From Crocinitomicaceae bacterium (lineage in GTDB: Bacteria; Patescibacteriota; Minisyncoccia; Phycocordibacterales; UBA1006), in contig JBLIKX010000001.1 of the NCBI GenBank assembly GCA_047637555.1, positions 8,294-72,293 on the forward strand: DNA of 64,000 nucleotides, given 5' to 3'. The notes beneath the pieces were generated by a model. The model saw nothing but the letters and a program-made list of their open reading frames with translations, searched no databases and had not been told where the DNA came from. The translations under genes and the position numbers were made by a program. Every line of letters begins with the position of its first letter. The stretch's first letter is position 1. Of the stretch, positions 30,001-40,483 are shown piece by piece.

Positions 30001-30707
30001 GAGAAAAGGAAGGTGTTAAGATTATTGAAGTATTATCTGATACTGAAATTACCGTTGGGGCAAATAAAACAAGAACGATTGAATATGCTCTTGATAAAAG
30101 ACGTACTCCTGTTGTAAAGAAAAATGACCGTGTAGAGGTTGGAGATCTGGTTACAGATGGTTCTGCAAGTATCGATGATTTATTTGATATTGCAGGTACT
30201 TCTCGTGCACAAGAGTATGTAATTTCTGAGGTAGCAAAAGTTTATGAATTAAACTCTGCACCAGTTTCAAAAAAACACATTGAAATTATTGCACGATTGA
30301 TGTTCTCTCGACGTAAAATTACTTCACCAGGAGATACAAAATTCTCAACAGGAGATGTTGTTGAATACATTGAACTTACTCAAGAGAATAACCTTGTAGA
30401 AGCTGAAGGAAAACTAGGAGCAAAAGCGGTAACCGTTGTAAAAGGTATCTCAGAGGTAGCTCTTTCAACTAAATCATGGTTATCATCTGCATCATTCCAA
30501 CATACCACTCGTATTTTGGTATCAGCAGCAGCAGGTGGAGAAATTGATGAATTGAGAGGTCTAAAAGAAAACGTTATTGTTGGAAATCTTATCCCAGCAG
30601 GAACTGGATTCAGAAATGATTTTATCTCGTTTGATAAAATGCCAGGACGAGTTCGAGCAGGAGAAATTAAATCTCTTGAGGCTGAACTTGGAGATAATAT
30701 TTCATAA
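27012..30707 (+). CDS. rpoC: DNA-directed RNA polymerase subunit beta'
   Basis: 1231 aa; zinc-finger CGKYK...C...C, the NADFDGDQM catalytic Asp triad, bridge-helix and trigger-loop blocks. Confidence 0.97.
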   Translation: MNTTDTMKKIQQEKQVSIRLASPEKIRSWSHGEVAKPETINYRTGRSERNGLFDERIFGPEKDYECYCGKYKGIRYRDIVCEKCGVEVTRAIVRRSRMGHIGLASPVAHIWFLRGIPSRMGLVLNIPVSKLEKVIYFASYIITDVHQDVKENVLKELQREYKAKQKTLESDEDKEKLKGLFDKTKKQIQDIVLYSVISEDEYNIYSLKFGSIFEAGIGAEAIFYIFKTLDLDVIEVELGAAVNATKSVAVRTKIEKRLSLLRSLNRENIRPEWMFLEVIPVIPPALRPMVALEGGRYATSDVNDLYRRVINRNNRLKKLMKIGAPDVILRNEKRILQEACDSLIDNTIRKHSGTVAKSSSQKRNLKSLSDQLKGKQGLFRQNLLGKRVDYSGRSVIVVGPKLGIDQCGIPKNMALELFRPFVISKIIDREMAFNVRGAGKLLESPTDEIWDILENIIDGKYVLLNRAPTLHRLSIRAFKPILIEGKAIQLHPLSVNGFNADFDGDQMAVHVPLSEEAQYEAKELMAASKNLLRPASGEPTVAPSQDMVLGVYWMTKAIEGALGEGKIFSSPNEAITCYDFDKVDFRAKIYVLPTDSSRYDEFEGKPFETTVGRLLFNSIMPSDFGYLNQDIKKKDISKIIARLIEKYGIAATAPVVDKIKDFGFKYVTFSGSTFGYSDAIIPKEKHAIIDTGRKAALEIQGQYDEGLISEPERYRKTIELWEGVKVEVEKVIGENLHKSESIYDMVTSGARGSTSNMLQMGGMKGVIVNASGRAIDFPILSSYKEGLTPIEYFITTHGSRKGLTDTALKTASAGYLTRRLHDVAQDVVVTEEDCKTKKHIIATDINYDGIIKPLLENILGRVTSSKIVDAKGETVLKKNHLITRNDAETVVAAGITEVAVRTPIKCDSLHGVCQKCYGLDLGRNALVKVGEAVGTIASQSIGEPGTQLTLRTFHAGGVTGLDITTGLPRIEELFEKRSNIKSPALISKTGGLVVDVREKEGVKIIEVLSDTEITVGANKTRTIEYALDKRRTPVVKKNDRVEVGDLVTDGSASIDDLFDIAGTSRAQEYVISEVAKVYELNSAPVSKKHIEIIARLMFSRRKITSPGDTKFSTGDVVEYIELTQENNLVEAEGKLGAKAVTVVKGISEVALSTKSWLSSASFQHTTRILVSAAAGGEIDELRGLKENVIVGNLIPAGTGFRNDFISFDKMPGRVRAGEIKSLEAELGDNIS

Positions 30708-30720
30708 TTAAATCATTACC

Positions 30721-32463
30721 ATGAAAAACACCGACATCATTAAAGATAAATTGAATATCGTAGATGTGGTGGGATCATATGTAAAGCTTGAAAAGGCAGG
30801 AAAGACATACAAAGGAAAATCACCCTTTACTAATGAAAAAACCCCATCATTCTTTGTTTCACCAGAGAAGGGTTTTTTCTATTGTTTTTCAAGTGGTAAG
30901 GGTGGTGATATTTTTACTTTTGTCCAAGAAATTGAGCGCATCGAATTCCATGATGCACTTAAGTTACTTGCCGAAAAAGCAGGTATAAAGTTAGAATCAA
31001 ACGCTATTTCATTAGAAAAACATAATGAAACAACTATCCGATTCAAGGTTTTGGATGATATTACAAAATGGTATGAAATTAACTTGAGGAAAAACACTGA
31101 AGTAGTCGAGCATCTTTTAAAAAGAGGTCTTACCAAGGAAACAATCATTAAGTTTCGGCTTGGTTTTTCATTAGATGCATGGCGTGAATGTTATGAATAT
31201 CTTCATTCCCGAAAATATCGAGACCAAGACATCGAATCTGTCGGATTGATTATTAAAAAAGAAGGAAGTGGGTATTATGATCGATTTAGATCACGAATTA
31301 TGTTTCCTCTTATGGATGGGCGTGGACGAGTTGTTGGTTTTTCCGGACGTATATTTACTGATGATCCAGATACTCAGGGTGCCAAATACATCAATAGCCC
31401 AGAAGGTCCCTTGTTTGATAAATCAGAGGTTCTCTACGGCTATCACACAGCTAAGACATCAATGAGTAAGGAAGATGCATGTATTCTCGTAGAAGGACAG
31501 TTTGATGTAGTTATGGCTCAGCAGGCTGGATATATTCACACGGTAGCCATATCAGGAACAGGACTAACTGATCATCATATAAATATGATCAAACGTTTTA
31601 CTGATAACATCTTCCTGGCGCTTGATAGTGATAAGGCCGGAGTCAAAGCTACACGTCGAAGTGTTCTTGCCGCTTATCGGCACGGCATGCAGGTAAAAAT
31701 TATTATGATGCTTGATGGCATGGATCCAGCTGATACTATTGTTCATAGTAAAGAACAGTGGGATCTCTGTGTTCATGACTCAAAAGATTATATAGATTAT
31801 CGACTGGAATTATTCAATCGAGTAGATCACACCTTCGAAGAAAAAAAGAAACTTGTAGATACTGACCTTTTTACCTTTGTATATCTGATGAAAAGCTCAA
31901 TGGTCCAAGATAGGGTGTTGCAAAAATTAGCATTATTTTTAGGAGTAAGCATAGAGGCTGTACGAAATGATTTCACAAGTTTTAAACCTGATCAAGATGA
32001 TATTATTAAATCTGATAATCATTTTGTTTATACAAAGAATGTATCTCCGATATCTGAACGAGATATCAAAAGGGAAGTAGCGCTTATCACTCATTTTACA
32101 AAAGACCAAGACTACGAAATTGAACTTGAGATTCAGGCTCAAATTGAAGCTTTGTATAGCGAACTCTACGATGAAGAATTAAAGACTACCATCGCAGAGT
32201 TACCCGAAACTGAAAAAAACATGCAGTTGTTTATCTTACAAGATAAATACAAAGATACATCAGAAAAATCATTTGGATCTATGTTATTAACTATGTTGGC
32301 AGAAGAGAAAATACGTAGACTGGATAATCGCTCGGCACAGTTGCTTGAAGAAACTCGCCAGACAGAATCAAAAGCAGACGGAGAAAAACTGGCTGAATTA
32401 ACGGTTGAGCTTCAAAAAATACTTTTATTAAAAAAAGATTTAAAAAATCTTATTCAAAAATAA
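30721..32463 (+). CDS. dnaG: DNA primase DnaG (zinc-ribbon ligands degenerate)
   Basis: TOPRIM EGQFD...DSDKAG and RNA-polymerase-domain blocks are present; the N-terminal zinc-binding region reads KSPFTNEKTPSF...FYCFSSGKGG where canonical DnaG has CPFHxEKTPSF...YHCFGCG. Confidence 0.9.
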   Translation: MKNTDIIKDKLNIVDVVGSYVKLEKAGKTYKGKSPFTNEKTPSFFVSPEKGFFYCFSSGKGGDIFTFVQEIERIEFHDALKLLAEKAGIKLESNAISLEKHNETTIRFKVLDDITKWYEINLRKNTEVVEHLLKRGLTKETIIKFRLGFSLDAWRECYEYLHSRKYRDQDIESVGLIIKKEGSGYYDRFRSRIMFPLMDGRGRVVGFSGRIFTDDPDTQGAKYINSPEGPLFDKSEVLYGYHTAKTSMSKEDACILVEGQFDVVMAQQAGYIHTVAISGTGLTDHHINMIKRFTDNIFLALDSDKAGVKATRRSVLAAYRHGMQVKIIMMLDGMDPADTIVHSKEQWDLCVHDSKDYIDYRLELFNRVDHTFEEKKKLVDTDLFTFVYLMKSSMVQDRVLQKLALFLGVSIEAVRNDFTSFKPDQDDIIKSDNHFVYTKNVSPISERDIKREVALITHFTKDQDYEIELEIQAQIEALYSELYDEELKTTIAELPETEKNMQLFILQDKYKDTSEKSFGSMLLTMLAEEKIRRLDNRSAQLLEETRQTESKADGEKLAELTVELQKILLLKKDLKNLIQK

Positions 32464-32598
32464 TTAAACACAGAAATAGTCGCAAGTTGTATCTACTGTT
32501 GTTCATTTATTCCTATAATTTTGTTTTATTTTTCTTGATGTTTCGAAAGAAATTTATAGAGCAAGTTATTTATTTACTAATCAAATTTAAAAACCATC

Positions 32599-33768
32599 AT
32601 GGCACCAAAAAAAATTACAAAAAAAATTACAAAAAAAAAGGTGGATCCTGTGCAAACTCATATTCAAGAGCAACGAGAAATTGAAGCTCGAGATAAAAAA
32701 GCAAAGGCCTTGGTTGAAAAAGGTAAAAAACGTCGTTTTTTAACTTATGCAGAAATCTTAAAGCAATTTCCAGATATTGAAGAGGATGTTATGTTTCTTG
32801 ATGAATTGTATGGGATGCTTGGTGATGCCGAGGTTGAAATTGTTGAAGGTGGAACCAGTTCTGGTGGTGGAGGAATGTTGGACATGACTGACGAGGAATT
32901 ACTGGAAAAAGATTTTGCGACTAAAAAACAACCAGAAACCAAAGATTCTATTCAAATGTATCTTCGTGAAATTGGTAAATATCCACTTATTAAGGCTGCA
33001 GAAGAAGTGTCTCTAGCAAAACGAATCGAATCTGGTGACGATGAAGCAAAAAACCTTCTTGCAAAGGCAAACCTACGTTTGGTAGTCTCGTTAGCTAAAA
33101 AATATGTTGGACGATCTCCAGATCTAACCCTGCTTGATTTAATTCAAGAAGGAAACATCGGATTATTTAAAGCTGTTGAAAAATTTGATTGGACTCGAGG
33201 ATACAAATTCTCAACATATGCAACATGGTGGATTCGTCAATCAATCACGCGGGCACTTGCTGATCAATCTCGAACGATTCGTATACCAGTTCATATGGTT
33301 GAAACAATTTCTAAATACAAACAGGTCTTCAAGCGAATGAGTCAGGGACTAGGTCGTGAGCCATTGCCCGAAGAAATTGCTTTAGAGATGGGTCTTGATG
33401 TTGAAAAGATTCATATGATTGGAAAGATTAACCAAACGACAATGTCACTCGAAGAACCTATTGGTTCAGATGGAGAAGAGAAATCTACGAGAGGTGAATT
33501 TATTGCAGACGAATCAATTCCCTCTCCTGATCGAGATTCTTCAAAAACTATTTTGAAAGATCAACTCCAAGAAATTTTAGATGAGTTAACTGAAAAAGAA
33601 CGAACGATTATTGAATTACGATATGGTCTTGTTGATGGTATCTCTCATACTCTGGAAGAGGTTGGTCGTAAGTTTGATGTTACGCGTGAACGTATACGTC
33701 AGATTGAGGCAAAAGTTCATGAAAAGATTAGGGTTAATGATAAGATTAAGAAGCTTCAAGATTACTAA
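32599..33768 (+). CDS. rpoD: RNA polymerase sigma factor RpoD (group 1 sigma-70)
   Basis: region 1.2 [11 protein letters not shown], region 2 [17 protein letters not shown]...[13 protein letters not shown], region 4 [21 protein letters not shown]. Confidence 0.9.
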   Translation: MAPKKITKKITKKKVDPVQTHIQEQREIEARDKKAKALVEKGKKRRFLTYAEILKQFPDIEEDVMFLDELYGMLGDAEVEIVEGGTSSGGGGMLDMTDEELLEKDFATKKQPETKDSIQMYLREIGKYPLIKAAEEVSLAKRIESGDDEAKNLLAKANLRLVVSLAKKYVGRSPDLTLLDLIQEGNIGLFKAVEKFDWTRGYKFSTYATWWIRQSITRALADQSRTIRIPVHMVETISKYKQVFKRMSQGLGREPLPEEIALEMGLDVEKIHMIGKINQTTMSLEEPIGSDGEEKSTRGEFIADESIPSPDRDSSKTILKDQLQEILDELTEKERTIIELRYGLVDGISHTLEEVGRKFDVTRERIRQIEAKVHEKIRVNDKIKKLQDY

Positions 33769-33774
33769 ATTTAA

Positions 33775-33800
33775 AAACGAGTAAATTCATCTCGTTTTTT
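33775..33800. terminator. rho-independent terminator after rpoD
   Basis: aaacgag-taaattcat-ctcgttt followed by a T run. Confidence 0.7.
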
Positions 33801-34259
33801 TATTTTGTAAAATTAGTTTATTATATCAATCCTCCTTTTAGGAAACAGAAAACATACCCAATACTCTTTATTTTTTTCTAACTTTTTTGAGAGAGATATC
33901 CAGAATCTAATGATTTCTTTAAATTTATAATTTCCTTATATATACCCAGCTCTGTACTCTTAGCTATCTATAAATCTTGGGTGGAAAAAAAAATACAAAA
34001 AATTCAACATGATTTCATGTAGTTGTAGTTGTAGTTGTAGATTTTGATTTTGATCCTATTAATTCATATGCTTGGTTTATTATAAAATTAACTATGAACA
34101 CGATGTATAAACCTCCAGAGAGGGAAAATCAAATGTCATACATTCCCCTATATAAATAAAGGAAAGAAAAATAGTATATAAAGATTTTTCTTTACTATAA
34201 TAAAACAATAATGGCTCCTATATTTTTTATTATAAAATAATGACCTGAGTCTCGTCTTA

Positions 34260-34709
34260 ATGTATAATAGTGCGTATATGTATTGGAGTGAACTAAAGAA
34301 AAAAACATGGATTGATTGGATTAAAATTATTGTAGCAGTTGATATTGCGGGTGTTGGTATAGGGCTTGTGCTTGGATTTGATATGCATGTGTTTGCTCAC
34401 TTTTTTGGATTTTTATCGCGAATTATATTTGGTATTTTATATGTGTTTGTAGCAGTCCTTATTTTTAAAAGAATCTTCCCGCAAGATCTTGCAAGAGAAG
34501 AACACGTTGAAGCGGAAAAAATGAATGAAGAAATTATTGAAACAACAAATGCTGTTAAAAAAAGTCTAAAAAAAATAGCAAAAAAAATAGCTAAATTCAC
34601 TGATCAAGCACATGCTAAAATTGATAGTGCTTTGGACAAGGTTGAAGATTTTTTTGGCAGACGCAAAAAAGAAGCAGGTGAAGAGATTAAAAAAATGATG
34701 AAGGACTAA
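34260..34709 (+). CDS. hypothetical small membrane protein with a K/A-rich amphipathic tail
   Basis: two hydrophobic helices, then KKSLKKIAKKIAK repeats. Confidence 0.4.
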   Translation: MYNSAYMYWSELKKKTWIDWIKIIVAVDIAGVGIGLVLGFDMHVFAHFFGFLSRIIFGILYVFVAVLIFKRIFPQDLAREEHVEAEKMNEEIIETTNAVKKSLKKIAKKIAKFTDQAHAKIDSALDKVEDFFGRRKKEAGEEIKKMMKD

Positions 34710-34762
34710 CGTCGTTTTTTTTATTTGAATAAAAAATTAGCTCAGGTAGGATAGTAATAGTT

Positions 34763-36007
34763 ATGGATATAATATACTACCTATTTCTCTTTGTGGCTTT
34801 GTATTTCCAAATTTTCTTTCTTATGAGTTACTTAGAAAATTTTGATTTTTTTAACCTCAAGAAAAAAAATAATTACCCTGCTCTACCTCAAGATGGTTTA
34901 CCCTTGGTGAGTATTGTCGTGGCGTGTTGGAACGAAGACACAACAATTGATTCAACCGTGAAATCAATATTTAATTCTGAATATCCACGAGATAGAATTC
35001 AATTACTATTAGTAAATGATGGTTCAGATGACGCTACCTGGGAGGTCATGCAACAGTATAAAAATGACCCAAAAATTACTCTTATAAATAAAAAAAACGG
35101 TGGAAAATTTACCGCTATTAATTTCGCGCTTGAGCACGTAAAAGGTGACTTAATTGCAACTGTTGATGCTGACACTTTTTTACAACCGACAGCATTGCCT
35201 TTTATGGTTGAACGATTTCTTGGTGATTCTAAATTAGATGCACTAGGAGCAACTATTGTTTTACACAAACCTCATAGTCTTACGCAAATTGCTCAAAGTA
35301 TTGAATATCAGTTATTTGCGTTTACAAAGCTTATTTTGGCTAAAATGCATGGAGCCTTGGTTGTTCCTGGAGCCTTTTCTATGTATCGACCTCGCGTTTT
35401 TAATGAAATTGGTTTATTTAAAGAGGCGCATAAACTAGAAGACCTCGAGTTAACATTTCGTATGCATGAATCCAGAATGAAGGTTGGACAGTCTCGTGAC
35501 GCTATTGCGTATACGAACGCACCAGAGACCGTAGGAGCACTTTTCAGACAACGCATCCGGTGGGGATATGGTTTTATAAAAAACTCTTATGATTACCGCC
35601 ATTTGATTTATAATAAAGACCAAGGTCATTTTGGATTCTTTACCTTACCTATGAGTATTTTTAGTTATCTTTCTATTATTATTTTTTTTATATTATCTTG
35701 GTTTGTTGTTGTTCGAGCTATTATTCAATCTGTGATTCAAGCAAGTCTTGTTGGCTGGTCTACCTTGTTTCAATGGAATGGCTTTGAATTGAACACTCTC
35801 AGTGCTCAAGCGAGTGTATTTATTACGTTAATCTTATACGTTGTTGTTATATTTATGATTTTTTCTGGAAAAAATCTGGTTAATGATCGGTCAAAAAATC
35901 CATTTCCTATTTTAATATTTTTTGTGCTTTATGGTATTATTGTTCCGTTTTGGGTTATCAAATCAATTTATAATAGTGTTTTTGACAAGAAAGTGATTTG
36001 GCGATAG
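34763..36007 (+). CDS. family 2 glycosyltransferase, membrane-embedded processive synthase type (PgaC/NodC/cellulose-synthase-like)
   Basis: LVNDGSDD, VDADTF (DxD), QRIRWGYG (QxxRW) motifs; N-terminal TM and C-terminal multi-TM region. Confidence 0.8.
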   Translation: MDIIYYLFLFVALYFQIFFLMSYLENFDFFNLKKKNNYPALPQDGLPLVSIVVACWNEDTTIDSTVKSIFNSEYPRDRIQLLLVNDGSDDATWEVMQQYKNDPKITLINKKNGGKFTAINFALEHVKGDLIATVDADTFLQPTALPFMVERFLGDSKLDALGATIVLHKPHSLTQIAQSIEYQLFAFTKLILAKMHGALVVPGAFSMYRPRVFNEIGLFKEAHKLEDLELTFRMHESRMKVGQSRDAIAYTNAPETVGALFRQRIRWGYGFIKNSYDYRHLIYNKDQGHFGFFTLPMSIFSYLSIIIFFILSWFVVVRAIIQSVIQASLVGWSTLFQWNGFELNTLSAQASVFITLILYVVVIFMIFSGKNLVNDRSKNPFPILIFFVLYGIIVPFWVIKSIYNSVFDKKVIWR

Positions 36008-36190
36008 TCTGTTGTTGTTTTAGTAATCTTTCTTATATATCCAGAGCGTTCAAAACTAAATTTACTAAAATAAACGGTCAATAGTTACTATTATTTTTTG
36101 TATATCTTTCATTCTAAAATAATACCTCAGAGTATTTTTCTATCGTAATCTCCTTCTTCTCTTCGTTTATTGAAGTATATGTGATAGATT

Positions 36191-37072
36191 TTGATTATGA
36201 AAAAATATATTATTACCTTTTTAATTACCTCAACTATATTTCTCTCTGCCTTTTTTATTAGCGATAGAGTTAATGTTAGTCGTATTGAACAACTCGATAA
36301 TGTACAAGAAAAAATATCACTAAATATATTAACTACAGAAACACGTTTTGCACTTCTTGAGGAGTCTTCATGTGAAAATATCTTTGAAGGCAGTCAACTA
36401 GAGGTTGGAATAACAAAGGATTTAAATCAATTAGTAACGCGTATTAAATTCCTAGAAAGTGAACTAGGAGGGAATAATCAAGATGTGCAAATTTTAAAAC
36501 AACGTTATACCTTGCTACAAATCAAAGATTTTCTTTTGGTGAGAAAATTAAGTCAAAAATGTGAGTATACCATTCCAACCGTACTTTATTTCTATACGTC
36601 AGATTGCTTTGATTGCCGAAGACAATCGATTATTTTAGATCAAATTAGATCTGAATATAACCAAGTGCGTGTATACTGGATGGATTCTTCTCTTGATGAG
36701 CCTACAACAAATACTCTGGAACGTTTATATAATATTGAAACTTATCCAACGATGGTACTTGGCGATGAGAACTATTCAGGATTTATTTCTTATGATAATT
36801 TTTCAAGGAAATTATTGCTTTGGTCTAAGGATAATAATATTAATCTTCTATCAGAAGAAGATCTTATTCGGATAGGGCGTGGTCGTCAATATATTCTTTC
36901 TTTGGATAGATATTCACAACTACAAAGTAAAAATATTTCATTTGGTAAGGAGATCAATAATATATATGAATATTTCGTGACAACTATGAATGGAGAGGAA
37001 CCAGAATTAGTTCAACTTGAATATACAGATGGGGAATTTCTAGTAAAAATAGTTCCAAATAAAAACACTTAA
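36191..37072 (+). CDS. membrane-anchored protein with a C-terminal thioredoxin-like CxxC (CFDC) domain
   Basis: N-terminal TM helix and coiled coil; VLYFYTSDCFDCRRQ...YPTMVL resembles a TlpA/DsbA-type thioredoxin fold. Confidence 0.5.
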   Translation: MIMKKYIITFLITSTIFLSAFFISDRVNVSRIEQLDNVQEKISLNILTTETRFALLEESSCENIFEGSQLEVGITKDLNQLVTRIKFLESELGGNNQDVQILKQRYTLLQIKDFLLVRKLSQKCEYTIPTVLYFYTSDCFDCRRQSIILDQIRSEYNQVRVYWMDSSLDEPTTNTLERLYNIETYPTMVLGDENYSGFISYDNFSRKLLLWSKDNNINLLSEEDLIRIGRGRQYILSLDRYSQLQSKNISFGKEINNIYEYFVTTMNGEEPELVQLEYTDGEFLVKIVPNKNT

Positions 37073-37093
37073 TCAGTGTTTTTTTATTTTATG

Positions 37094-37166
37094 AGCCACC
37101 TATCAGATTCGAACTGATGACCTATTGTTTACAAAACAATTGCTCTACCAACTGAGCTAAGGTGGC
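37094..37166 (-). tRNA. tRNA-Thr (anticodon UGU)
   Basis: 73-nt cloverleaf folded by hand: acceptor GCCACCT/AGGTGGC, D-arm GCTC-AGTTGGTA-GAGC, anticodon stem ATTGT/ACAAT with loop TTTGTAA, T-arm ATCAG-TTCGAAT-CTGAT, discriminator T; CCA not encoded. Confidence 0.9.
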
Positions 37167-37188
37167 ATATAAACCTAATTAATTAAGT

Positions 37189-37533
37189 TTATAATGTTGG
37201 CTTTTCTTTTATTTTAGTAATAAAAGAAGAGGGTTTTTCTTTGTAAGTATCAGAATGAAGTTTCATTCTGATAAAATATTTTAATTTATTAACAGGTAAC
37301 TGACTATAATCAAGAGCTTTTTTAAGGCTTATATGAGTAAGTGCAGAGACATATTTTTTTAAATTAATTGATTTTGTTTGAGCATTAGAAAGTCGTTTCT
37401 CAAATCGAACACTATCGATATTACACGATCTCTTAATAATCTGCAATAGATTACTCTTTGTCTTTTTGTGTTCCAGAAAAAGAAGTACTCCAGTTCCCGA
37501 AACAGCAATCCCTAAGAGATATACAAATATCAT
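37189..37533 (-). CDS. hypothetical small membrane-anchored protein
   Basis: 114 aa, N-terminal hydrophobic helix. Confidence 0.35.
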   Translation of the reverse strand: MIFVYLLGIAVSGTGVLLFLEHKKTKSNLLQIIKRSCNIDSVRFEKRLSNAQTKSINLKKYVSALTHISLKKALDYSQLPVNKLKYFIRMKLHSDTYKEKPSSFITKIKEKPTL

Positions 37534-37541
37534 GCGATTGA

Positions 37542-38015
37542 TTATACCGCAAATCGAGAGAATTCTGAAACTTCAATTCGCTCTCCTATCTTTAGAGTTG
37601 CTTCTTCAACAAGCTTAGCAATCGTAATTTCTGGATTTTTTATGAATGGTTGTTCTAAAAGTTCCTCAATATTTTCTGTTCCCATTGCAGCAATATGCAT
37701 ACCAACATTATGAGCAAGAGAAATAAAATCCTCATTCCGTGCTACATAGTCAGTTTCACATCCTAATTTTACAAGAACACCAATAGTGTTATTTGGATGG
37801 ATATACGCGCTTACGATTCCAGCAGCTAATTCTCGGTCAGCTTTTTTGGCTGCATTTTTAGCTGAGATTTCTCGTAATAATTCTTTCGCCTTAGTTATGT
37901 CCCCAGCGGCTTCTGTTAATGCTTCTTTACATTTACCAATAGAAACTCCTGTTTCTTCCCGAAGAGTTTTAATTTGTTCTACAGAAATATCCATATTATT
38001 TAAGTCCATCAGCAA
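37542..38015 (-). CDS. tsf: elongation factor Ts (short form)
   Basis: N-terminal UBA-like VEQIKTLREETGVSIGKCKEAL and the dimerisation core; 157 aa; overlaps the rpsB 3' end as in rpsB-tsf operons. Confidence 0.85.
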   Translation of the reverse strand: MLMDLNNMDISVEQIKTLREETGVSIGKCKEALTEAAGDITKAKELLREISAKNAAKKADRELAAGIVSAYIHPNNTIGVLVKLGCETDYVARNEDFISLAHNVGMHIAAMGTENIEELLEQPFIKNPEITIAKLVEEATLKIGERIEVSEFSRFAV

Positions 38016-38673
38016 TCTTTTGTGTAAAGAAGTTGATTGATGAAACGTTAGTATCGTTTGCTACGATTGGGTGAGTAATAACCGATACATCACAGTCTGT
38101 GTTTGCAATAGCAATAACTGGAATATTCATTTGCCGTGCTTCTGTGACAGCGATCTCTTCTTTCTTTGGGTCAATAACAAAAAGTGCAGCAGGCGCTCGC
38201 TTGAGAGCCTTGATTCCTCCGAACTTCTTTTCAAGTCGTTCCATTTCTCGACCCAACATAAGTTTTTCTTTTTTGTTGGCTGCGATTAATTCTCCTTTTT
38301 CTGTTTGATCTTCCAGTTTAACTAATCGATCTACACGTTTTTTAATTTCACTCGCGTTAGTAAGAGTTCCTCCTAACCATCGTTCAGTTACAAAAGGCAT
38401 ATCAATAAGTTCAGCAGCAGCTCTCATAATTTGTCGCGCTTCCGCCTTTGTTCCAACAAATAATACTTGTTTATCTGCTTTCTTTAATTCCAATAAGAAC
38501 TCTAGTGCAGAAGCCAATTGAACTGATGTTTTTTCTAGATCAATGATATCTTTCTTTTGACGTGAGTCAAAAATGAACTCACGTGCTGATGGGTGACGTC
38601 GAGATTTTGAGTATCCAACATGTGCTCCAGCTTCGAACATTTCGTTCACAAGAGCTTCGTTTACTTTTGCCAT
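37996..38673 (-). CDS. rpsB: 30S ribosomal protein S2
   Basis: MFEAGAHVGYSKSRRHPSAREFIF N-terminus and downstream S2 blocks. Confidence 0.95.
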   Translation of the reverse strand: MAKVNEALVNEMFEAGAHVGYSKSRRHPSAREFIFDSRQKKDIIDLEKTSVQLASALEFLLELKKADKQVLFVGTKAEARQIMRAAAELIDMPFVTERWLGGTLTNASEIKKRVDRLVKLEDQTEKGELIAANKKEKLMLGREMERLEKKFGGIKALKRAPAALFVIDPKKEEIAVTEARQMNIPVIAIANTDCDVSVITHPIVANDTNVSSINFFTQKIADGLK

Positions 38674-39221
38674 AATTTAAATTTTTTAGAAAATCTTGCA
38701 CAATAGTTTTTAATAATAATTTCTATCGTTTGTTCTCACGTTCGACGGTGAGGGGAGAAGACTAACTACAACATCTGACAGATCATTCCCACAAGTTTTT
38801 ACCCAACCTATATTACTTATTATTGTTATTTTTACAAGATAAAAGTTATTATAAATAGCTGCTCTTTCTATTTTAAATATTCTCCCTTAATATTATCTAC
38901 TTCTAAGATATATAGGCACTCCAGAGTCTATAGCATTTGAGTAAGCCCTCTTTTCCATGTAAAACTGAGAAGAAAGTTGAGTACTATTTTTTTCACAATA
39001 CCAAGAATAGTATGGATATATTCTATTTTAGTATCAAGAATTGAAACATTTTCATATTACGCTTTTTTCTTTTCATACTTTTCATTCACTAGATTGTCTT
39101 TTTTTTATATTTCTCATTTTTTGCAACCCCTTAACTATATTAAATCATAAAATACATAATTTTATATTTTTTAATGTGAAGATATTGAAATATCTTATAG
39201 TTCGCGTATTATGGAATCTAT

Positions 39222-40475
39222 ATGAAACAGTCACAGTTATTCACAAAAACGCGGAAAGAAGCACCATCAGATGAAGTATCAAAAAACGCACAACTTTTAA
39301 TTAGAGCAGGTTACATTAATAAAGAATTAGCTGGAGTGTATGACCTGTTACCTCTCGGAATGAAGGTAGTTGAAAACATCAAAGAAATCATACGGCAAGA
39401 AATGAACGCAATAAACGGGCAAGAATTCATTATGTCTTCTCTTCAATCAAAAGAGGTTTGGGCAGCAACAAACCGATGGGATGAAGATATTGTAGATGTA
39501 TGGTTTAAATCGGACTTGCATGCAGGAGGTCAGGTCGGATTTGGTTGGTCTCACGAAGAACCAATTGTGAATATGATGAAAAATCACGTGTCATCATACA
39601 AAGACCTTCCAATTTATGTATACCAGTTCCAAAATAAATTCCGGAATGAATTACGTGCCAAATCAGGAATGATGCGTGGAAGAGAGTTTATTATGAAAGA
39701 TATGTATTCGTTCTCAGTTGACGAAGCTCAACATGAGGATTTTTATCAAAAAACTATTGATGCTTACAAACGTTGTTACGACCGATTAGGTCTTGGTAAC
39801 GATACTTTTGTAACTTTTGCAGCAGGAGGTGCTTTTACTGAATTTAGTCATGAATTCCAAACTATTTGTGAGACAGGTGAAGATGAGATTTATATAAATA
39901 GAGAAAAAGGTATTGCTATTAATCATGAAGTTTACAGCGATGCTACTCTAAAAAAACTAGGTGTATCTGCGGATGATCTTGAGAAAGTAAAAACTGCAGA
40001 AACAGGTAATATTTTTAATTTTGGAACTCAAAAATGTGAAGAAATGGACTTGTATATAAATAATGATCAAGGTAAACGAATTCCAATTCATCTCGGTTCG
40101 TATGGTATTGGTGTTACTCGTGTTATGGGAGTTATCGTTGAGAATATGTCTGATGAGAATGGTATTATTTGGCCAGAAGAAATTGCTCCGTTTACCATTC
40201 ACCTTGTAACTTTTGGTAAAAACGAAAATATTATCAGGGAAGCTGAGAATTTATATCATGATCTCAAAAAAGCTGGTATTGAAGTACTATTTGATGATCG
40301 AGATGCTGGACCAGGACAGAAACTGAATGATGCAGATCTTATGGGGATGCCATATCGTATTGTATACTCAGAAAAATCTTTTGAAAAAGGTGGCGTAGAA
40401 ATTACTAAACGTGAATCAGGTGATACTGAATATATTGATCCCGCACGAGTAATTGCTTATTTCACTGAAGGTTAA
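39222..40475 (+). CDS. proS: prolyl-tRNA synthetase (short form without an editing insertion)
   Basis: class II motifs (FRNELRAKSGMMRGREF, GSYGIG) and C-terminal anticodon-binding domain; 417 aa. Confidence 0.9.
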   Translation: MKQSQLFTKTRKEAPSDEVSKNAQLLIRAGYINKELAGVYDLLPLGMKVVENIKEIIRQEMNAINGQEFIMSSLQSKEVWAATNRWDEDIVDVWFKSDLHAGGQVGFGWSHEEPIVNMMKNHVSSYKDLPIYVYQFQNKFRNELRAKSGMMRGREFIMKDMYSFSVDEAQHEDFYQKTIDAYKRCYDRLGLGNDTFVTFAAGGAFTEFSHEFQTICETGEDEIYINREKGIAINHEVYSDATLKKLGVSADDLEKVKTAETGNIFNFGTQKCEEMDLYINNDQGKRIPIHLGSYGIGVTRVMGVIVENMSDENGIIWPEEIAPFTIHLVTFGKNENIIREAENLYHDLKKAGIEVLFDDRDAGPGQKLNDADLMGMPYRIVYSEKSFEKGGVEITKRESGDTEYIDPARVIAYFTEG

Positions 40476-40483
40476 AAAATACT

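Noticed and set aside
39041-39274. 77-aa ORF in the rpsB-proS divergent spacer
   Set aside because: Low-complexity F/I/L translation of AT-rich promoter DNA; overlaps the proS start region.
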